NCBI GenBank assembly: GCA_038064575.1
Contig: JBBTST010000002.1
Location: 9,992-73,991 of the forward strand
Reading direction: 5' to 3'
DNA length: 64,000 bases
Origin: Patescibacteria group bacterium
GTDB lineage: Bacteria > Patescibacteriota > WWE3 > UBA101185 > 2-01-FULL-41-18
This document shows, piece after piece, positions 9,358-19,300 of the stretch; the stretch's first letter is position 1; every line of letters starts with the position of its first letter. The position numbers and the translations under genes were made by a program. The notes under the pieces are model-generated. The model had not been told where the DNA came from, ran no database searches, and saw nothing but the letters and a program-made list of their open reading frames with translations.

Positions 9358-10938
9358 ATGAAGCTTAAAAAAAGATTTGATTTGGTTGTCCTAATACTTG
9401 TTTTTTTTGTTTTCTTGGTCCCTGTATTTTATCAATTAGGGAATGATTACACTAATGTGGATCAGTTTCTTTGGTATGAAAGGTCCTTAAACTTTTATAA
9501 AGCCCTAAGAAACTTTGATTTTGCAAATACTTATCAGAAATATCATCCCGGAGTGACTGTTATGTATTTGGTAGGTTTAGGTCAGTTAGTATTTTCAAAA
9601 GTAACTACTTTTTCTTCTGATTATAGCTTTGTGCCTTATACCTCTTTTCATCTTTATAATTTCTACACCAAGTTTTTTGTTACCTTAATTTCTTATCTAA
9701 CACTTTTTATGTGTTTTGTTTTAATTTACAGATATTTTGGAAAATTATTTGGATTATCTTTTATATCTCTTCTCCTATTAGAACCTTTCTTTTTAGCTAA
9801 TATTAGAAATTTACATTTAGACACGCTGTTAACCTCATTTATATTTGCTTCTTTTTTGACATGTGCCCTTTGGGTAAAGGAGAGAAAGAGGGGTTTCTTA
9901 ATTCTCAGTTTTATTTTTTGTGGTTTATCTTTACTAACAAAATCAATCGGGATTTTTTCATTAGTGTTAAATACTTTTGTGATTATCCACTCGAGTTTTT
10001 TCTTTAAGATCCGTAAAAAAGAGGCCTTAATAGGATTAGGATCCTTTCTAGTTGGATCCCTTCTGTTATTTGTGCTTTTGTTTCCTTCAATGTGGGTTGA
10101 ACCAATCAGAACAGTAAATAAAATGCTTTATGATGGGGTTATAGACACTGGGGTTTCCGGCGGGCATACTCACTACATTAATCAGATACGGATAAGAAAC
10201 CCCGGGCCTCAATTTTATTTGACTGTTGTCAAATACCGTTTTAGTGTCTACTACATTTATTTATTTTTAGTATCAGTATTGTTTCTTATGGTTTATGGTT
10301 TGGTAAGAAGGAAAACAGCCAATCAAACATTCCATTTTGCCTTTATGGCTTTGCTTTTTTTGGTTAGTTATCTATTAGTATTTTCCTATCTTGTAAAAAA
10401 AACGGACAGATACGTTTTAGTAATATACCCATTTACTGCTTATCTAATTGGTTATTTCTTTGAAGAATCCCACATTCTTAAAAAGTATGTTGGTAGGTTG
10501 GTGTCCAACTTTTTAATATTAAGTCTTTTTTTTATATTAGGATTCATTAATTTTAATCAAGTCAAGGCAGTTTATTCTGTATTTCCTAATATGTTTACTT
10601 TTTATAGTCCTTTTTTTGGCGGGATAAATCAAGCTAAAAAAGTTCTTTATCTTAACAGCGGGGGAACTGGTATGAGGGAAATAGCTGAATATCTAAATTT
10701 GCTTAATTTACCTGTTACTACCAGGGTTGGCTATTTTAATCCAGAAACTCTTCAACCTTGGACGCCTTTAAGAGTTGATAATCTGAGAGTAGAAGAGAAA
10801 AAGAAATATGATTTTATAATAATTCCTGATCAAAGAGGTAAAGAATTTACGCAAGGTTATAATCTAGTTTACTCATACAGAGTTGATACATTAAGATATT
10901 TAAGGGTTTATAAGAGAAAAACCCCTTCAGTTGAGTAG
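9358..10938 (+). CDS. Polytopic membrane protein, putative GT-C family (GT39/GT83-like) glycosyltransferase
   Basis: 526 aa. The N-terminal region (…DQFLWYERSLNFYKALRNFDFANTYQKYHPGVTVMYLVGLGQLVF…) resembles the first-loop and TM2 region of ArnT/PMT-type enzymes. About 11 TM helices followed by a C-terminal soluble domain. Confidence 0.45.
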   Translation: MKLKKRFDLVVLILVFFVFLVPVFYQLGNDYTNVDQFLWYERSLNFYKALRNFDFANTYQKYHPGVTVMYLVGLGQLVFSKVTTFSSDYSFVPYTSFHLYNFYTKFFVTLISYLTLFMCFVLIYRYFGKLFGLSFISLLLLEPFFLANIRNLHLDTLLTSFIFASFLTCALWVKERKRGFLILSFIFCGLSLLTKSIGIFSLVLNTFVIIHSSFFFKIRKKEALIGLGSFLVGSLLLFVLLFPSMWVEPIRTVNKMLYDGVIDTGVSGGHTHYINQIRIRNPGPQFYLTVVKYRFSVYYIYLFLVSVLFLMVYGLVRRKTANQTFHFAFMALLFLVSYLLVFSYLVKKTDRYVLVIYPFTAYLIGYFFEESHILKKYVGRLVSNFLILSLFFILGFINFNQVKAVYSVFPNMFTFYSPFFGGINQAKKVLYLNSGGTGMREIAEYLNLLNLPVTTRVGYFNPETLQPWTPLRVDNLRVEEKKKYDFIIIPDQRGKEFTQGYNLVYSYRVDTLRYLRVYKRKTPSVE

Positions 10939-10947
10939 TTTAAGCTC

Positions 10948-12045
10948 ATGGGATATTATAAAAACATGAATAAGCCTTTTTTAAAGAGCTTTATTAGAGA
11001 TAAAAGAAAAGTATTTTCTTTGACTCTTGAGGTTTTAGTTTTTGTCTTAATATCATATTTTTTTGGGATAGTTACAAAGGCCAATTATAAAGAGGCATGG
11101 GAGTTTGAGACCAGCGATATGTTTCATGAGTTCCAACAGGCTAATGATGTAAGAGCAGGGCTAAATCCCTATAAAAGAATTCTTTCAGGGGACCTGCTTA
11201 TTAATAAAAAATACGCAACATTATTTCCATTATATTACTATTTTTTGACCTTTGTTGGTTCTTTCTCAAATTACAATTTTGAGATTTTTATTGATCACAT
11301 AAGAACAGTACTTTTTTGGTCCGCACTTTTAGGGTCAGCTTTTTTATACATTTTTTTCAGACAGAAAAATATGAAAGTCCTTGGATTTCTTGCAGTGGTG
11401 CTTTTTTTATTTAATCGATGGAGTATTAATACACTTAGTGATTCAAAACAGGATTTTATAGCAATAGCCTTTTTGATAGTAAGTCTTCATTTCTTTAATT
11501 CAAAACAAAAACTAGCTTATTTATTTTATGGGCTTTCTCTTGGGATAAAGCATCTAGGCATTTTTGTGTTCCCGCTTTTTTTGACACCCTTTATTTATAA
11601 AGAACAAAAACCCAAAAAGTTTTTTTTAAGTTTATTGTTTTTGTTCCTTCCTGTTTTGATTCCAGCTCTTCCTTTTTTATTAAATGATTACAAAGCCTTT
11701 CTCTTTTCTATGCTGTTTTCCTTTACAAGAAAGCCCGCCACAACCAGCATTCCATTTGGTTATGAGAATCTGCTTATTTTGTATAATATTGGAGTTAAAA
11801 ATAATAAAGTAATCTACTACCTTATTCCTAGGATCCCATTACTGTTTTCAATGCTTTTAAATATTTATTTGTTATTTACAAAACGAATCCCTGTCTATTT
11901 TTATCCTGTTGTTTCCCTGTTTTTATTTATATCTTTTAATCCAGTCTTGTTTGATCAATATCTTACATGGGTTACACCGCTCTTGCTTATGGGTGTAGTA
12001 GAAGTATCTGCTGTCAAAAAGGAAAAGGTACATGGAAAAATATAA
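10948..12045 (+). CDS. Polytopic membrane protein (365 aa), possible DUF2029/GT87-like membrane glycosyltransferase
   Basis: Hydrophobic multi-TM ORF in the glycan locus. No definitive motif was found. Confidence 0.35.
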   Translation: MGYYKNMNKPFLKSFIRDKRKVFSLTLEVLVFVLISYFFGIVTKANYKEAWEFETSDMFHEFQQANDVRAGLNPYKRILSGDLLINKKYATLFPLYYYFLTFVGSFSNYNFEIFIDHIRTVLFWSALLGSAFLYIFFRQKNMKVLGFLAVVLFLFNRWSINTLSDSKQDFIAIAFLIVSLHFFNSKQKLAYLFYGLSLGIKHLGIFVFPLFLTPFIYKEQKPKKFFLSLLFLFLPVLIPALPFLLNDYKAFLFSMLFSFTRKPATTSIPFGYENLLILYNIGVKNNKVIYYLIPRIPLLFSMLLNIYLLFTKRIPVYFYPVVSLFLFISFNPVLFDQYLTWVTPLLLMGVVEVSAVKKEKVHGKI

Positions 12046-13330
12046 TATAGTTTGTCTCTCAAATCAGTTTTTTGACCAAGAGTTAAAAACCAATAAATGG
12101 CATATGATGACCAGGCTTTCAAGATTGGGGCACAATGTTGTTTTTGTTGATCCTCCAACAAGGTTTGCCAGGGTTAAACGACTTTTAAAAAGAGAGCTTT
12201 CTCTATTTCACTTTCTAATAGGGCTAAAAAGACATAACGGGGGGAACCTCCTTGTGTATACCCCAATTAATTTGTTTAACTTCAGTCCTTTTTCTATTTT
12301 TAATATTCTGGTCCAAACGCTTAGAATAAATACTTTTCTGAGAAGTTTTGAGAAAAGGAGAACTATTCTTTGGGTTTATCACTTTGACTATCCCGGTCTT
12401 GAAAAGCTCTTGAAAAGAATTAACTATGATTTGTTGGTTTATGATGTTGTAGATGAATATAGTTCCTTTCCTGAATATTTGGAGAAATCAAGTCTTAACA
12501 AGGGTCTTGTGAGAGTTATAGAGTCTTTTGATAACGCGCTAAAGATAAAACTTAACCAGGGAGGATTAAGCGGTAAGGCTTGGGTAAATTATAGAGAAAC
12601 CTTACTGTCAAAATGCTCAGATATCATCTTTGCTACAACTCCTGCGTTAGTAGAAAAGTTTAAGAAATTGTGCATGAAACTTGGGAAAAATGAGAACCTG
12701 GTGTTTTACACTCCCAATTGCGGAGATTACGAGAGGTTTAAAAATTCAAAATCTTACAAAAATGACCTCCCAAATGATTTAGGTACTATTCCCTCTCCTG
12801 TTATTGCAACCGCAGGAGCAATTGACTCCTATAAAATTGATGTGAAACTTATTGAAAAATGTGCAAGAAAGTATCCTCAGTTCTCTTTTGTTTTGATTGG
12901 GCCTAAAAAAGTCTCAGATCCTAATCTTGATCTGACTCAGCTTCTAGCCTCTCCAAACGTTTATTTTTTGGGAGAGAAAAAATTTCAAGATTTGCCAAAA
13001 TACTATGCTGGAATTGATTGTTATTTCATTCCTTACAAGCTAAATGATTATACTTTAGGTGGGTGTTATCCGGTTAAGTTTCATGAAGCGCTGTCTGTTG
13101 GACTTCCGGTAGTGGTTACCAACATGCCTGTATATAAAGATTTTGAAGACATTTGTTATATAGCCAAGTCAGACGAAGATTTTGTTAGTCTAATTGATGT
13201 TGCTTTAAGAGAAGATAGTGATGAAAGGGCAACAAGAAGAAAGATTGTTGCAAGCAAAAATTCCTGGGAAGTGAAAGTTGAGAAAGTTCTTAAGATACTT
13301 GAAGATTATGAAAGTACTGTCTCAAGATAA
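12032..13330 (+). CDS. Glycosyltransferase family 1 (GT4-like), cytoplasmic
   Basis: 432 aa soluble protein. The N-terminal region (…NIVCLSNQFFDQ…HMMTRLSRLGHNVVFVDPP…) and the C-terminal half (…YFLGEKKFQDLPKYYAGIDCYFIPYK…GLPVVVTNMP…) match the GT-B/GT1 fold pattern. Confidence 0.6.
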   Translation: MEKYNIVCLSNQFFDQELKTNKWHMMTRLSRLGHNVVFVDPPTRFARVKRLLKRELSLFHFLIGLKRHNGGNLLVYTPINLFNFSPFSIFNILVQTLRINTFLRSFEKRRTILWVYHFDYPGLEKLLKRINYDLLVYDVVDEYSSFPEYLEKSSLNKGLVRVIESFDNALKIKLNQGGLSGKAWVNYRETLLSKCSDIIFATTPALVEKFKKLCMKLGKNENLVFYTPNCGDYERFKNSKSYKNDLPNDLGTIPSPVIATAGAIDSYKIDVKLIEKCARKYPQFSFVLIGPKKVSDPNLDLTQLLASPNVYFLGEKKFQDLPKYYAGIDCYFIPYKLNDYTLGGCYPVKFHEALSVGLPVVVTNMPVYKDFEDICYIAKSDEDFVSLIDVALREDSDERATRRKIVASKNSWEVKVEKVLKILEDYESTVSR

Positions 13331-13417
13331 GCCTGGGTAATGATATGTACCTGACCACTACAGTATGTATAATATATTAAATGGGTCATAGTAATTAATT
13401 GTTGAAGGACATTAAAA

Positions 13418-13897
13418 ATGAAAAGACTGCTCTTTACCTCTTCCTTTCTTGCAATCATAGCCGGATTTATTTTGGTTAGCGGCGCAACGTGGGCTATTTA
13501 CTTTACCTACACTAATATCGCTCTGGAAAACATCACAACTCCCGAAGATGCCTCCATTCCCAACACGCCAGTTCGAGGCCCTCTCACCCTAAAGGCCCAG
13601 GCCGATATTATAAGAATTCACGCGCTTCGCATAGCAGGGGGTAAAACCTACGCCGAAATGCCGCGCCAGATACCAAAACTCGACGAAAAAGGCAACAGCG
13701 TGCTTGATGACAAAGGGAATCCCGTTATGACGGCCAACACGACACGTGATATTTGGGTCACGGCAACAACTCTTAGGACCGCGTTACATTTAGCTATTCT
13801 TACCTACGCTTTTTCAGGTTTTACGCTGTTGTTTGGATTAATTTCAATCTGGACAGGGGTTATATTCTTAGCCTTGAGTAAAAGAAAATTAAAATAG
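13418..13897 (+). CDS. Small membrane-anchored protein (159 aa) in a GC-rich island; unknown function
   Basis: About 50% GC against a roughly 35% background. Own TGnTATAAT-like -10 (tgtataat at 13366-13373) and an SD (gaagga) upstream. Predicted N-terminal TM (LLFTSSFLAIIAGFILVSGATWAIYF) and C-terminal TM (LAILTYAFSGFTLLFGLISIWTGVIFLAL). Confidence 0.55.
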   Translation: MKRLLFTSSFLAIIAGFILVSGATWAIYFTYTNIALENITTPEDASIPNTPVRGPLTLKAQADIIRIHALRIAGGKTYAEMPRQIPKLDEKGNSVLDDKGNPVMTANTTRDIWVTATTLRTALHLAILTYAFSGFTLLFGLISIWTGVIFLALSKRKLK

Positions 13898-14114
13898 CTT
13901 AGTCTTTTTGGGGTTTTCGCTTAAGCTCACTCCGATTACAATCGTAACAATCTGTCTGTCGTTACTACTCTCTATATAGCATAACGGCTTTCCTCGCGTA
14001 GCAGGAAGCTCCAAGCTTTAGCTTGGAGAGGAATGCTGCGAAATATGGTTCATATCTGAACTTTACAGTGTTCGGATTCGTTTTAGAACTCGTGTTCTTG
14101 GTATAATGATTTTA

Positions 14115-15242
14115 ATGGCAAGAATCCTTTTTGTTTCTAATTCTTCGAATCCGGGTGGGATGGAAAAGCACGTTAAAGATTTGGTTGTGGGTATGAGAAA
14201 AAAGAGGCATGAAGTGTTTGTATGGTGTCCTAGTGGCGTCATGGCAGACGTATACGAAAATGAGGGGGCTAAGGTAATTAGGCTTGCTATACAATTTGAT
14301 GTTGACCCCTTTTATATAGTTACCCTCTTTTACTTTCTTATAAGAGAGCACATTGATATAGTACATGCCCATGAGTTGAAAGCCGTTGTGAATTCGCATT
14401 TAGCGGCTTTTTTGGCAAGAGTAAAAGTTAGAATTTCTCACAGCCATACCCCAATTTCTACATGGAAGAAAGCGTTTTTAGGCTCAAAACTAACCTGTTT
14501 TTTTTACTCCACTTTTGTGAATATGTTTTCTACAAGAGAGCTGGCCTTGACTGAACAGATAAGAAAAATCAAGATAAAGGAAGGTATTAAGGCAGAAAAG
14601 TTGATAGTAATCCCGAATGGGATTGATACTAAAAAATATGATATTCCAAAGACGGTGCGTGAGGGTTATAAAAACGAGATTAAGTCCCGATATGGCGTAC
14701 CAAGAGATGCCTTTGTGCTTGGGAATTTATCAAGGCTTTCCATTGAGAAAGGGTATGACACCCTTATTGAAGCTTTTTCTCTACTTAAGGATCCCTCAAG
14801 TTATCTTTTTATAGGTGGGGGCGGGGTTTTAGAAGAAGTGATTTCTGGCAGTGCTAAGAAACTTGGGATATATGAGCAAACAATAATAACAGGACTTTTT
14901 GAAGAAGAAGATAAGGTCAAGTTTTTATCATGTCTTGATTTACTGGTTTTTCCAAGCCAAACAGAGGGCTTTGGTTATCTACCTTTGGAAGGTCTTTGTT
15001 TTGGACTTCCTGTAATTGTTTCTGATATTCCTGCATTAAAGGAGGTGTGTAGGGAATATGTTACTTATTTTAAAAAAGGAAATGCTTTAGATCTTACCGG
15101 CAAAATAAGAGAAGTGAAAGATAAACTTGGCTCTTTCACTTTTGAAGAAGTAGTAAGCTTTATTAACAAAACTTATTCACTAGAAGTGTTTTGGGATTCT
15201 TATAACAGGCTCTATGAAAATTCTCTTTCAAACAAGATTTGA
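14115..15242 (+). CDS. Glycosyltransferase family 1 (GT4)
   Basis: EGFGYLPLEGLCFGLPVIVSDIP matches the GT4 E-x7-E signature. An extended -10 (TGGTATAAT, 14099-14107) lies immediately upstream, so the transcript may be near-leaderless (ATG at 14106 or 14115). Confidence 0.8.
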   Translation: MARILFVSNSSNPGGMEKHVKDLVVGMRKKRHEVFVWCPSGVMADVYENEGAKVIRLAIQFDVDPFYIVTLFYFLIREHIDIVHAHELKAVVNSHLAAFLARVKVRISHSHTPISTWKKAFLGSKLTCFFYSTFVNMFSTRELALTEQIRKIKIKEGIKAEKLIVIPNGIDTKKYDIPKTVREGYKNEIKSRYGVPRDAFVLGNLSRLSIEKGYDTLIEAFSLLKDPSSYLFIGGGGVLEEVISGSAKKLGIYEQTIITGLFEEEDKVKFLSCLDLLVFPSQTEGFGYLPLEGLCFGLPVIVSDIPALKEVCREYVTYFKKGNALDLTGKIREVKDKLGSFTFEEVVSFINKTYSLEVFWDSYNRLYENSLSNKI

Positions 15243-16371
15243 CAGCTTTAAAAATACCGGTGGGGATACTCTTCAGCTTCTTAAAACTAAAGAGGAGCTT
15301 GAAAAACTTGGCTGTGAAGTTGTAATTGACTGCAATTATAAAATCAATTTAAGCACTTTTGATATTGTTCATGTTTTCCAACTTGATTGGACTCCCGAGC
15401 CGTATCTTCAGGCTCTTAATGCCAAAAGACAGGGGAAAAAAATTGTTGTTTCTCCAATTCATCATTCGGAAAAGGAGGTAGTTGAGTTTGAGGAAAGGGT
15501 AAGGTACAACTTCAGGATTCTGGCTAACATGTTTTTAAAAAAACAAGAGCAAAGAGATGTTTTAAAAAACATTTATAGATCAGTTTTTGATACAAGAAAA
15601 TTGTATCCAACCCTGCTTTCTGTGATAGAGGGTTTTAGAAATGAACAAAGGAGTGTGCTTAAGTTTTCAGATGCCGTTTTGGTACAAACCAGAAAAGAGT
15701 TGGAGGATATTAAGAGAGACTTTGAAATTGATGTTTACGCTAAAGGCTTTGTTATTCCAAATGGCGTGGGGGAGAAGTTTTTTTTGACTGAGCAAAGGAG
15801 TCAAGCTCATGAAACGCAGGTTTTGGGAGATGGTTATTTTTTGACTGTGGGAAGAATAGAACCCAGGAAAAATATTATTGCAATTGTAAACGCTGTTGAT
15901 TCCTTGCGTAAGAAAAGTAACCTAGACTTGAATTTAGTAGTTGTTGGAGCTATGAATAAGAACAATTGGGATTACTACTATCATTTTCTTTCAAGAATAA
16001 AAGGTATGTCTTTTGTTAAACATGTAGAACGAGTTCCTTATGATAATATGCCTGGTCTTTATAGAAAAGCTAAAGTTTATGTTTCAGCCAGTTTTTTTGA
16101 AACAAGCGGGCTAACACTCTTGGAAGCAGCCGTTTGTGGGTGTCAGGTTGTTGCCAGAAATGGGGATACAGGAGAAAGAGTAAGGGAGTATCTTCTTGAT
16201 TTTCCATTTTACTGTGATCCTTTTAGTATGGCTTCAATAAGCGATGCTTTGTATGAGGCTTTAAACTCCAAAAAGAAGACTTTCTCCCCTTTGGGCATAG
16301 AAAAATTCAAATGGAGTGCTGTAGCTAAAGAAACTCTAAGCATCTATAATGGACTTATTGGACGGGCATAA
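15214..16371 (+). CDS. Glycosyltransferase family 1 (GT4)
   Basis: FFETSGLTLLEAAVCGCQVVARNGDTGERV is a GT4 C-terminal motif. Overlaps the upstream gene by 29 nt. Confidence 0.8.
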   Translation: MKILFQTRFDSFKNTGGDTLQLLKTKEELEKLGCEVVIDCNYKINLSTFDIVHVFQLDWTPEPYLQALNAKRQGKKIVVSPIHHSEKEVVEFEERVRYNFRILANMFLKKQEQRDVLKNIYRSVFDTRKLYPTLLSVIEGFRNEQRSVLKFSDAVLVQTRKELEDIKRDFEIDVYAKGFVIPNGVGEKFFLTEQRSQAHETQVLGDGYFLTVGRIEPRKNIIAIVNAVDSLRKKSNLDLNLVVVGAMNKNNWDYYYHFLSRIKGMSFVKHVERVPYDNMPGLYRKAKVYVSASFFETSGLTLLEAAVCGCQVVARNGDTGERVREYLLDFPFYCDPFSMASISDALYEALNSKKKTFSPLGIEKFKWSAVAKETLSIYNGLIGRA

Positions 16372-16377
16372 ATTACT

Positions 16378-19300
16378 ATGTTTTTTTCTGAACTTTTTCT
16401 AGTAATATCAATTTTTGTTTTGTGCCTGTTTTTGGCTCATGAAGACTTGCGCTCAGCTTTTGTCTTCTTACTTTTAGTATCACCTCTTCTACACAAAGAA
16501 GTATTTAGTCTTGTTAGGTGGGACTTACTTCCAATAAGAATTGTAATGCTTTCTATTTTGTTTGTATGTGGGGTTAAGTTTATATTTTTTGTAAAAAAGA
16601 AAAAGCTTTCTCAGATGAAAGAGTACATTAATGATCCACTGCTTATTCTTTTATGCCTCTTGTGGGGGATAAGGCTCCTTTCTCTGATTAACTCTAAGAA
16701 TCTTGGAGCAAGTCTTTTGATTTTTTCATTTTTTACAACTATGGTTTTTCTTTACATTCTTATAGTTTATCTTTCAAAAAAGTATAAAGAGAAATTTGTT
16801 CTGACAAGCATTAAGTTTTATAGTTTGGTTTCTTTGGCTACAGCAATTATTGCCCTGTTACAGTTTTATCTTGACTATAAGTACAAAATAATTTTTGGGG
16901 CTCTTTGGAGAATACCGGGAAAATTATCCAGGGTAGGATCAGTTTTTTGGGATGTAAACCATTATGCAGGTTACATATCCGCTATGATTCCCATAGTAAT
17001 AGGATTGATGTTAGCCTCTAAGACGCTTTTTTCCAGACTATTTTACGCAATTTCTGCCCTTATTATGACAATAGTTTTGCTTTTAACTAATTCCAGGAGC
17101 GCTTGGATTGGGTTTGCGGCAGCTATTACGTTAATTGCTTTAAGAGTGTTTATTCAAAAGTTTGGTTCAAAAAAATTACTTCTGGTTTTTACTCTTATTG
17201 CTGTTGTTTTTGTGTATGGACTCAAGGAATTTAATATAAAAGAGAGTGTGTTTAGAGAAAAGATTAGATCCTATTTTCAATACAGGGGAGACTCATTTGC
17301 CAGCCATTTTATGCTCTTAACGGGTGCTTATCAGATATTTGAGAGCCATCCAGTTTTGGGAGGAGGATACGGAAGCTTTTTTGAGCATTTTAAAGATACT
17401 CCTGTTGCCGCTACTTATTACGCAAGAGATCCTGCAGCTCTTTCAGGAAGAGTTCCGGCTCACAGTATTTGGGGGGAGGTTCTTTCAGAAACAGGATTTG
17501 TTGGATTCACTATATTTGTACTGTTGGTTTTGTTTATTCTTGGAACTGTTTATTACTCCTCAAGAGTTCTTGAAAGTAAAAATAGCATTGGCGAATCAAA
17601 TATGATTTTTTCGTTTGGGTCGGCAATTGTAGCGTTTTTGGTATCCGGTATATTTTATTCCTACAATGCTGAATTCTTTTTTATAATTTTATTTTTAACG
17701 TTTGTTTATGCAAGATTGGTTCTTGGTGAAAAATATGATCCTTTTATTATCTTTTCTTATATTTCTCAGAAAAAAAGTTTTTTGGGTGTGCTGATTCTAC
17801 TTATTTCTACTTTTCTAATTTTTTCAGATCTTGAGAGAAACCATCTAATTCCGTGGGATGAAGCTATATATGCCAAAGTTGCAAAGAATATGGTTAAGAA
17901 CAAAGAATATTTTACTTTGTTTTGGGATTCGTCAAAACCCTGGTTTGAAAAACCACCGCTTTATATGTGGTTTTCGGCACTTTTAATACATGTTTTTGGA
18001 GTCTCGGGTTTTTCTGCTAAGCTGCCTTCAGCAATTTTTGGACTAGGGACGCTTGGTGTTGTCTATATGATTGGAAGAAGACTGTTTGGCGGTTTGACGG
18101 GTTTTTTGGCTGCCATTAGTCTTGTTTCTACGGTTTACTTTTTAAGATATTCAAGAATAGGAATGTTAGATGTTTCAACTACATTTTTCATAGCTTTAGC
18201 TTTGTATTTTTATTATTTTTCTTTAGATTCAAAGGAGGGAAGGTTTAGGTTTTTAGCCTATATATTGAGTGGCTTATCCTGCGGACTTGCTTTTATGACC
18301 AAAGGAGTTGTGGGTTTACTTCCAGTTTTTGTTATTTTAGCCTCAGAAATTTATTTATTGATAACAAAAGAGAAAAAGTTAAATCTTAAATCTTATTGGC
18401 ATTTTATTTTCTTTTTTCTTGTAGCATTTCTTACAATAGCTTTGCCATGGCATTTGTGGATGTTTGTTAAGTATAAATACACATTCCTAAACAGTTATTT
18501 TGGATATCATGTAGTAAAAAGAGTTACGGAATCTATTGAAGATAAGGGGCAGCCTTTTTTTTGGTACTTAGTTGTTTTAAGAACAAGCATGAGATTGTGG
18601 TTTCCGGTTCTGCTTGGTTCTTTAGGGGCTTTTGGCTTTTCAGTTTTGGGTAAAAAAGTTGGTGAAAACACTAAATTTAAGAGCGCGGTTTTCCAATTAT
18701 TTAAAGATTACAACTCCAGAAACAGTGTGTTAATTTTGATTCAGTTTTTGGTAATATTCTCCTTCTTTTCTATCTCCGTTTCAAAGATTATTTGGTATAT
18801 CACACCTTTGTATGTGTCTGCTTCTCTTTTAGTGTCCTACACAATTGTTTACTTTTATGAAAAAGTTTTGTTTAGGATAGATCCGGAAAGAAGGCTAGGT
18901 TATAAATTCATTCTTGTTTTCTTAACTGCAAGCTTTGGGCTTTTTTATCTATTTACTGTTAGACAGCTTGCTTACTTGTCCAATGACACAGGAGCTAAGG
19001 CAAGAATTATTATGGAAAAAGATAGGTTAGTTGGACTGTCTCCAAAACTTTTTTATGATAGGATAGAAAAGCCTTTGGCGGTTTACTATAGTGATGGAGA
19101 GATTCAGGAAATTGACTATACTCCGCTAGTTGATGAGATATCAGATGCCGGTTTTGGTGAGTCTATAGTTTTTATTACCAAGCAGTCAAGGTTTGATAAG
19201 CTTCAGACTAAATTTTCAAATATTACGCTTTTAGCCTCAGATGAAGAATTGAGACTTGGCATAGCCAAATCTGAGAAACAGTTATTAGATGAGGCTATTA

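Noticed and set aside
17324-17605. + strand 93 aa ORF inside the Wzy/PMT fusion gene
   Set aside because: Alternative frame within a long, well-supported membrane protein ORF.
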